A stretch of 63,869 bases of DNA, filler included, from Sluysia triapertura (GCA_046118255.1; 5 parts of 5 records of this genome joined end to end with filler, not necessarily neighbours in it), one strand, 5' to 3'. Numbered from the whole stretch's first letter, positions 13,676-26,510 are shown. Translations and numbers: made by a program. The notes: generated by a model not told the origin, from the letters alone.

Positions 13676-16600
13676 NNNNNNNNNNNNNNNNNNNNNNNNN
13701 NNNNNNNNNNNNNNNNNNNTTAATTAATTAANNNNNNNNNNNNNNNNNNNNNNNNNNNNNNNNNNNNNNNNNNNNTATATTCTGATTAATTTATTACTTA
13801 AAATATTAAAATATTTTATTTCATTTTATCGTAGTAAATATAGTTTATTCAAATTCGATTTTATGTTTCAATTTTAATTAAAATTACGTTGAAACATTTT
13901 TATTATTCAGTCTTTTTAGGTCTATATCTATTGTTTGAGACGAAGTGCAATATTTTCTAATTATTCGAAAATTCTATTATTTCTGACAATATTAATTTCT
14001 TTCTCATTTTCATTTTATTAAAATAATTTTGCATTCCGTTCCTTATTCTTATATTTTTATTTTTGTCTTCTTTTAGTTTCTTCTTGCTTTGGACTTATTT
14101 TTCGAATTATTTATTTGTTAGTTTTTTATTTCTTTTAGGTACGAAGTTTTTCTTAAATTATTTTAAAATAATAATAATAATTTTTCCCATTAAAATATCA
14201 TGTGCAATGGGTAACAATACTTTTTAGATATTCTTGTACCAGTGAAAGCATTTTTCAAGGTCATATCAAGGGTTTACGAAATGAAATTTAAATTTCTAAC
14301 ATTTTGTGTATACTGATCGTTGCTACAAGATTTGAAATGTAAAATGGAAAAGCTTTAAGCATAAAGTTTGTGATCTAGTCAGTAGGAAAATAGCCACGGT
14401 ACTAAAAGAAACGAAACAAAGTTAATTTTAGATGGTAAGACACTAGATGTGAAACTAAAAGTTCGAAATACAAGCTGCTGTATGAATTCAAAAATAGGCA
14501 TGGAAGAAAATATTAATTGTATTGTTTAAAAGTGTAAAAATCTATTAAAGAAAATATCAAATATTCGAAAATTTATTAATAAAGAAACAGCTAAACTAGT
14601 TGTTCCTTCATTGATAACCAAGAATACATGAATATTGTACTCAATCAATATAGTAAAGCGAAAAAATCACAATTAATAATTAATCAAGACTAATTTTCCA
14701 AGTGAGAATAATATCTTACGCAACACCTTATCTTAAGGAATTACATTAGTTGCCAATAAAAGTAAGAATAGAATTCAAAATCATGACAATAATTTACAAA
14801 TGCTTACTTTACGAAAGTTCTGGATATCTCTTAGAAATAATAAAAAGTTTCGAAACCAAGATATTTCATTGAAACATGATAATCTATACAGAATAATATG
14901 CTAGGTGATAGGTTATATACCGTTTAAATTTCAAAAAATATAAAACCAGTTACCAGAGAATGTCAAAATAACAGAAATATTATGAAATATTTAAGAAAGA
15001 GGCAAAATTCTGTCTGCGAATGATTTATTTTAAGCGCTTTTGAGTACTTATTTTGAGTAGATATGAGCGAAATGTAAATTAATATATTATTAAATTATTT
15101 TAAAAAGTTGTTGAATTGCATTATAGAAGGGTTAAATTTAATGAATACTTGTTAATTATTAAACGTACTGCGAACGAGTTTAAAAAGCTAATGAACTACC
15201 TCTGAGCATATTTTATTAAAATTTATTTTCGCCAAATCATTCAATTTTTACAAAACCAAATATAGTATATTATTTTTATTATCAATAAGTGAACACTATG
15301 ATTTATGTCTTACTTAAAATATTATGACATTATTTCTACTGATATTCCTTTTTTTATTATAACTAATTTATTTATACATTCTTCTATATTTCTTACTTTT
15401 AGCTTCACGCATTGACTAATATTAACTCATTTGTTTTTGTTTTAATCATAATAATTGCCTAGAATGCATTATTCGTCATAAAAGTTTTGAAACCGAACAT
15501 TGTTTTCTTTTGAAATATTTCATAATCCTCAATGGTTTAATATTTTTGAGGCACACGCAACCTATTGGTTAACTTGTTATTACTACGCATTCAGAACATC
15601 CATAAAATTATCATATTCTTGTTAAATTTTATTGTAAAAAAGAAAACATGTTACGTATCAAGTGTTTTAACATAATTATGTTCCAAATTTCTGGTAACAA
15701 TTTAAAATATTTTGTACAAATAATTCTGTGCTACAGAAACATGTCTACGATTTGTAAATGTTTCGCTTATAAAATGAAGATAAACATTTTAAAAATTATA
15801 TCAAAAAAATGTTATTAAAATGTTTTTCACATTGTTTTGTACAATAATAATAAACATAAGTTAAAAAATTCAGAATTATATTTTTAATATGCTATTTTTT
15901 ATTTTATAAATTAACAAATAACATAATTGTATAACTAAAAATAAATTACATTATTTTCATATTTAGTAGGCTTCGTTAACAGTTGGCTAATACATTGCTT
16001 ATTATCAATAGTAAATTGTATTGTAAATAAATTCTGATAAATTATGTTTTTTTATTATTTCCGATCTATTTTAAAAGTTTACATCATTGAGATAACTAAC
16101 AAATCACGTGGTCATTGATATAATTTTTACAAATATTTTATTTGATGATTTAATAATTTTTATTAATAATTATTATATTTACTAATTAATTTATGTAAAA
16201 ATATGAAGAATAATTAATATTCTTGCATTATTTTTAAATGGATACTTTACTTATTTAATAACAATGAAATAACAATACTATTTCATTTAACATCTTTATA
16301 AAATAATACTAAAAATCAATTATTCATTATCATATTTCCGAAATAAAAATAACTTTGTCTTCTTTTAATTCGACATCTTCTAGAATTTATATTTCTATCA
16401 TTTTGTATCATATACAAATTATTAATATGAATTTTTAGTATTTCCAAGAGATATTATTTTAATAATTTTGATGTTTATTTATTGATAATCTGTATAATTT
16501 TAAGATAAAGTAATGAATTCGACATTAGTTACAACTTTTCCATTCAATAATAATTAGTTTCTATAGTTAATTTACTCTTTCATAAGTGTGCCATGTGTGT

Positions 16601-18658
16601 GGGAACTTATCTCTTTATTAAAATGCATTTTCCTCACGCGCACTAAAATTTTTAGTATAAAAATTATTACTAGACAAATTATTATTAATTATTATTATAT
16701 ATTTATCTAAGCAGAATATATAATTATTTTTAATGTGAATACATGTTAATTTTGCTACTAAAAATTTTTTTACTACTTTAATATTTTCTTCAATATTCTT
16801 TTTGAATATATATTTTGTACTTTTAAAAATTAGGGTGTAATTTTAATGTATTCATGTTCAAATATTTCTTAATTTATTTAGACATAATTGTTATTCGACA
16901 TTTTTCATATTTTTTAACATTAATTTGTTACTAACCAGGTGATTTCGGTTCTTTGGTATTATTTCTACATCAAATAATTGATAATAATTATCAAACAAAA
17001 ATACTTCGTAAACTTCGAATCATGAGTCACTGCATGTGAAAAGTATTCATCATCTGTGTGCCGTGAACTGTACATCGACTCTAAAAAGTACGGAGTTGGT
17101 ATATAACCCATTCTTGGGTTATCAGAAACTATAGAACCTACCCACCAATTATCATCATAACGAAGTCTAATCTAAATAAAAAATATTTATTTATATATAT
17201 AAATTACAATGAAATATATAAAAGAATGTAAGACACATTAAATTGATAAATGATCTGAGAATCAATACTTGAAAATCAATGAAGAAAAGTCAAAAATTAA
17301 TAACTTTCAGTAATAAAGACGGCAACAAAGCCAAATTAAATGAATCAAAGGTCATTTTATTGATATAAAAATAAACATGGAAGAAAGTATTAAGTATATT
17401 ATTAAATAGTGTAAAAATATCAAATATTTATTAATAAAAATATGGTAAAAATAATAATATAGATTTTTTATTGGTTTTTATTGCTTCCACAGAAAAGTAG
17501 TTTTAAAAATGTCATTATTATTAAATCAGTCTTTAAAAATAGATCCCATACACCATTTTACTTCACTTAATTATTTTTAGTAACCAATAAAAAGAATAGT
17601 AAAATGCAAAATCTAAACTTCTGAATATCTATTGGAAATAATAAAAAATCTGGAAGTCAATATGAATGCTTTTAAAATGCATAACTTTATATCTACAAAC
17701 CTATGTACACCTAGATAAAAGAATGACAAATTACTGGAGATTAAGAAGTATTTCTATTTATTTATGTTATATTAATGCTTTAAAACTTAAATCTTAGTTA
17801 AAGTAAAATAAATCTAAATTTTAGTTAGAAAATATTACTTGCAAAAAACAGCCTATTTTAAAATTTAAAATTTTATCCGGTAATGAAAATTCGGTATCCG
17901 ATACACTAGATGATACGAATTCTATATTGGATCGCAAAGTAAATGCAATGTTTTCTACATGCTGTAAATTAATTCATAAATATACAAAAACAAATAAAAC
18001 AAAATACTTTAGCTTTTAATAAATAACTTTCGACATCGAATTGACTTTCTGTGTACGTTTCATAATTACTAAACATGTTAAATATTAAAATTAAAAAGTG
18101 GGAAAATTATTAATAAGACACATTTGTTATTTATAAATTGCGATTTGTTTATTTGAAACTATAATTATAAAACTGTTATTATGTAATGTTTACAAATATT
18201 TAGTACAAACATTATTTGTGGTTAGAGTTATTTTTAAATGAAATTATTTCTTCAATAAAAAAGGTTTTTGATTTTATAAATGTATTAATGGGGTTTAATA
18301 TCAAAATAATTTTTATAGTAAATGTTTAGCCCTTAAAAGCTTATTGTACAAATTTTCCATATCTAATTTCAAGATAATAAAATGATAAAAATAAAAATCT
18401 GAATAATAATGCATTATATAATAATAATCGTAAAATAATAATAATAATAACAATAACAAAAATGAAAATGAAAGACAAAAGAAGAATTTTTTTCTTATTG
18501 GACAAGAATTAGTACATAAATACTAGTTTCTCATAATCAAATTCAAAATATTTAGAATGGAAAATATTACCAATGATTTGGAAACAATTAATTGATCGAA
18601 CAATTTATTTTTGTCAATATTTGTCTTTAAAAGTCTTGGGAATGTCACTTACGTTCAT
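2079..18658 (-). CDS. CACNB: Divergent voltage-gated calcium channel beta subunit (SH3-HOOK-GK), partial, multi-exon
   Basis: Phase-compatible GT-AG exons: 18658-18653 (MN, tentative, 28-nt intron), 18624-18571 (TNIDKNKLFDQLIVSKSL), 17961-17839 (HVENIAFTLRSNIEF...LPDKILNFKIGCFLQ), 17171-17005 (IRLRYDDNWWVGSIVSDNPRMGYIPTP...), 16964-16936 (KNNTKEPKSP), 16642-16576 (tentative) and 2292-2079 (LTDTTRSEIFRRVADGFPEV...). These match Cavbeta KPVAFAVRTN...FLHIKEKYNNDWWIGRLV..GFIPSP and the GK start VTDMMQKALF. The [11 protein letters not shown] exon and later GK exons were not found, so the 2292-2079 assignment is less certain than the SH3 exons. Confidence 0.8.
2716..2757. repeat. (AAT)n microsatellite
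   Basis: Direct reading. Confidence 0.95.
2806..2933. mobile_element. Tc1/mariner-pogo type MITE (128 bp)
   Basis: TIRs CAAGAACTACTCTCTTATCCGCCA and TGGCGGATAATAGAGTAGTTACTG, flanked by TA on both sides. Confidence 0.85.
4270..4792 (-). mobile_element. Internally deleted piggyBac element
   Basis: TTAA on both sides, with ends CCCCTTGAGT...ACTCAAAGGG. The minus strand encodes the piggyBac C-terminal Cys-rich domain ICVCYHQNIRKETTWQCKQ*KVPLHLPSCFEKFHI. Confidence 0.85.
4960..7085 (-). pseudogene. Spliced pseudogene nested in the putative Cavbeta intron, possibly a secreted or receptor ectodomain
   Basis: Clean open exons with canonical sites at 6702-~6398, 5893-5688 and 5334-5218 (GMTALGRGQTVFAAYKKLIEIQNKPALSWGELKWIESPI). 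Intervening exons (~6315-6191, ~5656-5390) have stops in every splice-compatible frame. The first exon is broken and hydrophobic (MKFS...IIITIIIILL). TTSATSSFPRPDASDIYRSFTPFLVP weakly recalls the ANF-receptor/class C GPCR motif SYASTS..LSD..YPYFFRTVP. Confidence 0.55.
7940..9116 (+). mobile_element. Tigger/pogo (DDE_1) transposon remnant
   Basis: TIRs CAGGAAACTCCCGATTATCC and GGATAATCGGGAGTTTATTG, flanked by TA. Decayed transposase LPVDYYI*KGAWMD..FEHWF...GLPEKAVVLLDNAPCHP..LPNVTSLIQHMDQGVI. Confidence 0.92.
8115..8312 (+). mobile_element. Solo LTR (198 bp) inserted in the Tigger transposase
   Basis: Starts TGTGGTGCCC and ends GGGTACCTCA (TG...CA, imperfect inverted ends). Exact 5-bp target duplication AAAGG at 8110-8114 and 8313-8317. 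Internal AATAAA. Removing it restores FLKNKGLPEKAVVLLDNA. Confidence 0.85.
9890..11460 (+). mobile_element. Heavily decayed LTR retrotransposon (gypsy-like) gag/pol debris
   Basis: IAEANSWNEAEK (gag-like) near 10235 and YYIDYLSR (ADYLSR-like RNase H end) near 11290. Many stops and frameshifts. Boundaries approximate. Confidence 0.45.
13676..13775. other. Assembly gap with artificial linker (44 N + TTAATTAATTAA + 44 N)
   Basis: Identical structure at all four gaps. Preceded by a (TTA)n microsatellite. Confidence 0.97.
14300..15095 (+). mobile_element. L2/Crack-type LINE 3' remnant
   Basis: TPYLKELH*LPIK..RIEFKIMTIIYKCL matches the L2-clade C-terminal HWLP...RI.FKI motif. Degenerate TTA tail. 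Boundaries approximate. Confidence 0.75.
17230..17800 (+). mobile_element. Second, more decayed L2-type LINE remnant in a Cavbeta intron
   Basis: Blocks similar to 14480-14830 (AACATGGAAGAAAGTATTAA, CCAATAAAAAGAATAG, ATATCTATTGGAAATAATAAAA). Confidence 0.5.
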
Positions 18659-19038
18659 TAAATTGTAAGGTTATAAATTTAAGTTTTGAAGTTTTTTAAT
18701 GAAACCACAAAATGAAAGTTGTAATTATTTTGTACCCTAATTGATTATTGTAATTTTATAATATAAAATATTAATTAAAATAAATTAAAATCCGTTGATT
18801 TAATTCATAACTCATTTTTTATTACTTAAATGATAATTATTTTTAGTTTGACCAAAAAAATTAATTTTAAATAGGAAATTTTGTTGACCCATAAGACCCA
18901 TACATATTGCAAAATATTATAAATTATTGTCATGGTTAGCAACACGTCTATTGTACATTTTAAGTCATAGATTATAGCAAAACTCATTAACTGATTCATT
19001 TTGCTTGAATAAGTATAATTTATATAATTTATTCTTAA

Positions 19039-19183
19039 CTCATTATTGGCCGTTGACGTAGTAATACGTCATTTTTTATTCGAAATTCAGTAGCCGTTGA
19101 CGCAGTAGTACGTTTTTGACAGAATAACTTTGTTTGTGTTGCCGTCATCAGTCGATTAAGAATTTTTAGCGTCCATTTATGAG
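19039..19183. mobile_element. piggyBac-type MITE (145 bp)
   Basis: TTAA|CTCAT...ATGAG|TTAA ends and two internal direct repeats GCCGTTGACG(T/C)AGTA(A/G)TACGT. Confidence 0.75.
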
Positions 19184-20863
19184 TTAATGCTTGGAAATAA
19201 TTTTATTTTATAAAAATAATGACTGTAATGTTCATTATATAAATTTTCATTTAACGTATTTGAATTTATAAACAGAAATTTATTTGAAAACAATGTTGTA
19301 CTAACTTTACAAGGCTTAGTTTAGTTTAAATTCCTTTCTTTTGATTAATAATTGAAATTTGTTTGCATAATTTGTAATTTATATATTTACATAAGCAAAT
19401 TGAATTTAGTATATATAGCTGAATTAAACACAACTCAAAAGCAAATTTTAATAACTACAAACAACGATAAAAAATTATTTTACGATAAGTTACGCAATAT
19501 TATATAATGTCAAAATTTGGAATCTTCAACAAATTTTATCGCTAAAAAGCCACATAATTAAGTGGATCTTGGTTTGTAAAAAAGACGTTAGTTTGAGTTA
19601 TTATGAATTATCGTGTTATTTTTTTATTAGATTTAGATAAACTTCAAATTATTTTGTACGGTTAATTTTTTGATTTTGAAACTTTACATAACGTTACTAT
19701 TTATCTTGTGTGCTTTACCTTGGGATTTATATATTTATGAATTATTACAATATCTACTGATATGAGAGAATCAATAAAGAGTGTTTGATTGTTGTGTAGT
19801 ATAAGTGATCACACTTGAGGTGGAGGTCAATTTTATAGAATTTTCAATTAGATTTAAATACTACACTCGTTCATATTGTGCAAATTTGTAGATTGTCGAT
19901 ATAAATTACAAATATTAAGCCATTATTCAAACATGTATCTGTATTTATTCTATGTTCCATTATTTATAGCCAATAAATTTCTAATCTTCATCGTACAAGA
20001 TCTCTTTCATAATTATTCTTCCTATATATATTTCACTTTCCTAACAGTATATATCTATAATATGGCGTGGATCTTATACTATGGCCAAGTAACCAATTTC
20101 TTCTTATCTTACATAATATCATTTTGATGATATATTTTCTGCTATACTTTACTTATTTATATCCATCTTATTTGCTAATATTTAATTTTAAAAGAAATTA
20201 TTCATATTTTTTTTGCTGCCTATATTTAATTAGTACAATTTGTTAGAGGATAATTAAGTGTGATATATTTCTACCTTCTTTCTTCATATTTGTCTATTAG
20301 TTTATATCTTTTAACATGTTGCTTTTGACATTCAAAGTTATTAGTTATGTGATAGTTATTTGATTATTCTCAGATATTTCAATGCTTAAATTAATTTCAT
20401 TATTCTGTAACATGTTACAGTATTTTTTATATTCTTACAAATAATATTTTCCAGTATTCTCTACTATTGTGGGGATCTTATAAAATAATAAATTAAATTA
20501 ATTTACTTCAATTTTATCATTTATTTTCAAATTATAACCATCAATTTCATTTTTAATGTGAATATGATAAATTAATAGTAATAATATTTTAAACTTACAG
20601 ATAATAAAAGTAAACATATTATATAACGAAAATTTAGAGAGATAATTTTAAATATAATAATAAATGGAATTTTTTTATTTGAAACCATAACTTAAATTAC
20701 AATTTAAATTTCTATTTTATTATAAATTATTAGAATTATTAGTTTTATCATTATTATTGTGATAAAATTGGATCGTTAAAATGTACGTAATTTAGATTTA
20801 TGTTTATTTTTGGTATCATTTAAATAATGTGACATTCTGTTGAGATATTGTTTCATTTAATGT

Positions 20864-21345
20864 AGTGATATAATCCAGGGTTTTGAGTGCCCCGGGCAAA
20901 AGAAAATTTGGCGCTTTTTCAAACAAGAATATACAAATTTGCTGCGAATTAAAAAAATAATAAAAAAAGAAAAAAAATCAAAATTACACAATAAAGAACT
21001 TCGTAAAAAATTTATTTATTTAAAAAATAATACAATGGCTATTTACTTACAAGCGACACAACATATGGAATAACATAACGAGCGCGTTTGAAGTTTGAGT
21101 GACGTGTGGCATACAAGATTTTTTGTAAAGCTATTTAATTAGCATAGTTAATTAAATTAATTCTTTTGAAAATCAGTTTGTAAACACTTTAGGATATTAA
21201 AATGAATAGCGTCGATGTCTCCTGAAAAAAGATCGATTTTAATTTATAAAATCTAAAAAGATAATGAATGTAAAAAGTTAATTTTTATATCGGCGCCCCT
21301 CACAATTTGGCACTTCGGGCAGTCGCTGGGTTTAATATAGATTCT
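20864..21345. mobile_element. hAT-like non-autonomous element (degenerate)
   Basis: GC-rich subterminal blocks GTGCCCGGGCAA..TTTGGCGC and GGCGCCCC..TTGGCACTTCGGGCA around an AT-rich core. No TSD recognisable. Boundaries approximate. Confidence 0.45.
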
Positions 21346-21699
21346 GTAATTAAATACATTTCGGTATTGATGCCTTGCAAAAGTAAATCATTAACCTTTA
21401 GTATATGAATTTATAAGAACTTCAAAGTGTGCTGGAGACTTATTTTTAAAAATCAACGCTGCCTACTTAAACCATTTTATGAACATTCGTACAATAAAGG
21501 TTAATTTCATGAATTTATAATTTTAGAACAAAATTGAAATAATTTGAGTTTTTTAATTCAGTTTCAGATAAATAAAATACAGTTTTAGAGAAGACATTCT
21601 GCCCAATTGATTTTTAGAATATTTTTGCTTAAAAATTACCATTTTAAAAACTTTCAGATTTACAATTCTTTTTGCTTGTTGCGTCACCCCTGGTGGTTT

Positions 21700-23400
21700 T
21701 GTTTTATTTGGATTGTAGTGTTCTTTAGTTTTATCATATACATTATTGTCATTCTTGTCATTTTAGTAATAATAAATTGTGTTACGAAATTTTTGTTCAA
21801 TATTACATTATCGACTTAATTTTTGATTTTTATTGTCGGGTGTTTTAATTTTAGGAATAATAGTTAGTGATACCATAAGAGAACATTATTGAAAAAAATA
21901 AATTGACTATTAAAACTATCGAGATTCCTTTAAGTCATATTGAGTCGCAAAAGACAGTAATTTTTAAAGACGCAACATATTTATGGACTAATTAAATAGG
22001 AAAAATAATTGAAAATAAGATGACTGCTATGAAAGAGGAGAATCTAGAAGTGTCTTTGGAGTTGTTTGTTTTTCATTAGAAAAATTGGCGTGAAAAATAA
22101 AAAATCTAAATCTAAATTTGGTATGAATGTTAACGATACTGGTAACTGTTGTTTTAATTTGAAAGTAATTTAAGTAAAAGTTGGTTGAGTAAAGTAACAT
22201 AAAATAATAAATGATCATAAATCTTTTTTATTGTGTTGTGTATCTGGTAAAGCTTGTCAGCCGTACCATATAACTGCCAAAATTATTATTATGGGTTTAA
22301 TTCTCAAATAATGTTTGACAGAATGTTTGAGTGTAAACTTTAAGAGTGATTGGATGAAGAAAAAGTATTAAACGAGTACTTGGAAATTTTACACTTATTA
22401 AGATTATCAACTGTATTACCAAGGAGAGGTCTAATGCTGATTCCATTATACATAAAATTTTTGATTTATAATATTTTTAATATACAATATACTTTTGTTA
22501 TAATACTAAATTAACTACTGTTTTCATTTTTTTTGCTGAAGAGCTATTTACTTATATTTTCAAAACCAATCCCCATATTGTTTTAAATAAGTTATTTTTA
22601 ACGATTTTCCCCCTCTATTTAATTAAATGTTTTAGGGAATTTCCTGTTTATTCGAAATGTTTTCGGGGAGATATTGAAATTTAATTAATTGTTAATTTAT
22701 TATTATTTAGATAAATTTAAATCAGAATTATTTTTTAATTTTTTGGAGACTCCATGTTCAATTTATTTTTAAGGAGATATTAGAATATCTTTTAAAGTAT
22801 AAGGCTTTATTTTCTGTGTTGGTGTGACGATAAGATATTAGCACTCCATTCACTTGATTGCCATAATTTAAATGTTTAATTTTTGATTTTATATAATATT
22901 TTATTGCTATTATCAAATTTCATCTTTTTGTGGTTCCTTGGTAATTGTTTTATTCGAATGTTTTGCTTTTTTCGATTTGATGAGCGTTACAGTGTTAAAA
23001 ATGTCTTCATTTTGGAATTAATATAGAAAGATTAAGGGAATAAGAATTTTAGATTTGATCTAAAATAAAGACGCAGAAAATCGACATAATGTTTCGACTC
23101 TTTTTAATGTACATGTAGAAAATTTTGCGCAATATTTGGAATTAATTTGGGCATAGGCATTTAAAATTATATTTTTTAATATTTTACTCGTCGTGCATGT
23201 GAAGCACCTTTTTCTTAAACAATGCTTGAAATTCTCCGGACTGATGTCCCAAGATTTTCTTATTGCTATAAGTACTTTTGTATTACATTTTCATACAATG
23301 TAATTTGTTAGTCCATTTTATGTAATGTAGATTAGTGGCTTGACATTTATAAGATGTGATTTCTTTTAACAATCTCTAATTTCTTAAATGATCTTTTTTC
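21700..23400 (-). mobile_element. Decayed LINE 5' region (APE endonuclease-like)
   Basis: A-rich minus strand with fragments GVLISYRH, FTQPTF and QTTPKTLLD. A similar fragment lies near 19750-20460. Weak. Confidence 0.35.
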
Positions 23401-23864
23401 TTTCTTAAGTTTAATCTTTAAGTTTAAATTAATATTTAATTATAATTACAATATATGAAGTGATATAATTTTTTACATTTTATACAACAAGCAAATACAA
23501 AAAATAAATTTAAATTTGACACTGATTTTGTTTTATTATTTCCTAAAATATACTCCAATATTAGTAATGTATATTTTATTTACAGATAGTTTTATGTTGA
23601 GAAATAGGATTCTTATTTACCTTTAAAAAAATTTAATCAGATTGTTTTCAAACGTATAAAATATTATTCAGAAAGTATATTTGATTATGTATATTAAAAA
23701 CGTTTAAATAATTAGTGATCACATCACTACTTTTGTATATATAGATTTTATCATTATTTATTACCAATATTTATTACAAATACGTGGTGCTACATTTTAG
23801 TAATGACTATATGCTTTTTAATTTATTTTAACATTATTCTCTTTAAATTATAGTATTTATTTAA

Positions 23865-24772
23865 ATGACAAGTCGATATTTTATTCGCGCTTTAACGGCT
23901 TTAGATTACAATGAACCACAGAAATTCGATCCTTCGGGTTTATATATTATATTTTATATTTTATTATTTTTCAGATACTAAACAATATCGATTTTTAGTT
24001 TCTTGGTTGGAAAACAGAATTATTTGCAATTACGAAACAAATGAAAGGGCAAACTTAAATAATATTGAATCTAATGATTGGAATAAGTTTTATGACGAAG
24101 TATTATCAATTTTTTTAGTCTAAAATTCATTTAGTATTTAGAAAAACTAAACATTGATAGCAGGTCAAATGATCCTATCGCCTCTTTATATGATCTATTA
24201 ACTATTGCAATAACAAATTATGTCCAGGATAATGATGGTAAAATAATTCTATTCATCAAAGCTATATATTTCAGATAAGAACTATCTTCAGATGACTGGT
24301 GATATTTTTAAGTCTCAGTCAAAATTAGAAACTTTAACATCTTCTTTAGATTCACTAGACGTTAACTGCGATGAATTTAAAGCAAAGGTTTATGAATTAG
24401 CAACTTATTTAGAAATTCCGCACTATTTTGATCATATGGTTGTTTTATCCGCGTGTTGTAATTTAATTAAAGAAAAATTTAACCAAGTTGATGTCGACTA
24501 TATTAAGAAACATGATGGAAAAATGAAAGTATTTTTTGATATTGGTGTGTTTGTAACATATGTAGATTAATTATATAAATTTGGAAAATGTTTCACACGG
24601 TTTACATGAAAAAGCGGATCCGTTATTAAAAAAAATAGCTTCTATTGTACGATTAATACAAATTCATAAGCTACGTGAATTACAAACTACCATAAATGTT
24701 GCTATTGTAGCAGCCCAACCAATTGTTGCTGATCCAAAAACAGATAGTTCTTTGGGTAAAGTCGGTCGATAA
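23865..24772 (+). CDS. RTRAF: RNA transcription, translation and transport factor (CGI-99/hCLE/C14orf166), tRNA ligase complex subunit, 253 aa
   Basis: Exons 23865-23937, 23975-24099, 24135-24237, 24275-24528 and 24566-24772 (762 nt, all GT-AG, in phase). N-term FIRALTALDY...FLVSWLENRII. C-term LRELQTTINVAIVAAQPIVADPKTDSSLGKVGR* is diagnostic. Confidence 0.96.
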
Positions 24773-25639
24773 GTTTATTTTAAAGTTTTGTTTTTTGTTT
24801 GGAGTCAATAAATTTTTGACTTTATTGTGTAATTAATTTTTGCTATAGAATTATTCTTTCTATAAAAATTTGTTAATTTTAATAATTAACACTAAACAAA
24901 ACTGCTCTTATTTTCAAATGATAAAATTTAAATTTATAAGTGGATATATATATTATTAAAATAATATAATGTTTCAACACAATAATTATTGACCAATACG
25001 AAGAAAAATTAAATGTTAAAAATGAGTATTACAATAAACAATATTAGGTTGCAGAGCAAGCAATTATATGATAACAGTTAAGTAAAGAATTAATGATCTA
25101 ATACGCCTAATGTATAAAATAGGCTTTTCTGCACTTTAAAAAAGAAAAAAAATATTAGTTTAAAATTTCCACATCATAAACTTAAATCACTGAAGCTTAT
25201 AAATATCACAATGACAATAATAATAACAATAAAATAACTCAAGAAATTAAACTTTACTTTAGAATAATTTTGGCATGGATACTCCTAAAAATTAAGTGTT
25301 ATGTGACTTAAAATTGTAAATATCTAAGTGATAATACTATCAATAAAATAATTCACAAAATTTGAACGTTATTTTAAAAATAATTTGGACAGGTAGCTTC
25401 CCAAAATTCAAAATCTATGTTATATATTAATAAAATTCTTAACCTAATTTTGTCCAAAAATCCCAATTTAATTTTCCTCCAAAATTATAATTGCTTTCAC
25501 TTATTGTGTCCTCTTTGCGTGTTTATCTTTATGCATGCATCTTTTATTCCTCGAATTTTATCACTATTATCATTGTTTTTATTTATGCTACTTCTCCTTA
25601 TATAGTTCCAGATATGGAAACAAATATGAACTCTAAAAA

Positions 25640-26510
25640 TTGTTTCCAAAAGGATATTACTACAGTGGGAATAAGTAGAATAAAGTAGAATTTTAACACG
25701 AGTCCATCAACGTACTATGCTTACCAGTTAGGGCTAGCCGTTGGATTTATAGATAAAAGAATAATTTTCTAAAGAGTGTATACTTTTACTAGAATATTCT
25801 TGACTTAATAACTTTGCTGTTAATTCCAAATCTAGTAAATCAGGCTAAATTCTGGAGGTATTTTTAATAAATGAGAATCAATGCAAGCTGTCTCTAATAT
25901 TAGATTTATGAGTAACTAAGATAAATGTTTTATTAAGTGAAAAAAATATTAATAGAAATAGTTTACGAAAATCCTATGAAAAAGATCTATAAAAGTGATT
26001 TTACGTTATTAGAGTTAAATTCTAATAGATGAAATCTTTGCTTCAGTGGGGATTTTATAATTAAAACTATAAGTGTTATTAAAATAAATTATTGAACAAT
26101 TTATATCAAACTCTTGATAAACTAATTTTAAACGAGATTATAAATATAATAAAATGCGTAAAATTAATTAGATTTAATTCTCAAATTGATAATAATTTTA
26201 TTATTGATTTTGCGTGAAATCTATTATAAGATTTCGGAAATAAGTTTAAAAGTTATTTTATGAGGATATATATATATATATATCCGTAACTTAATATAAT
26301 CAACTAACGTACTTATTAGAACCGGAATTTAGTAAAATTTCAATTTTTTGGCAGGAATCTTTTAATCGTTGCAAATTTGATTTCTCATATCACTTCGCTG
26401 AGAAAAGATTTACTAACAAAACTTGTTAAAAATTATGTTTTCAAAAATTGTGCGTTGTTTGTTTAATTTTGCAACTACTTATAGTTGATTTAGCTGGCCT
26501 TGGCCAGATT
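25640..26510 (-). mobile_element. CR1-type LINE 3' derivative, copy 1
   Basis: Colinear with 39330-40110. Shares TTACCAG.TAGGGCTAGC, TTCTGGAGGTAT and the terminal palindrome CTGGCCTTGGCCAG. Confidence 0.65.

Noticed and set aside
13720-13731. TTAATTAATTAA repeated at four sites as a possible biological motif
   Set aside because: Always centred in 100-nt N gaps, so it is an assembly linker.
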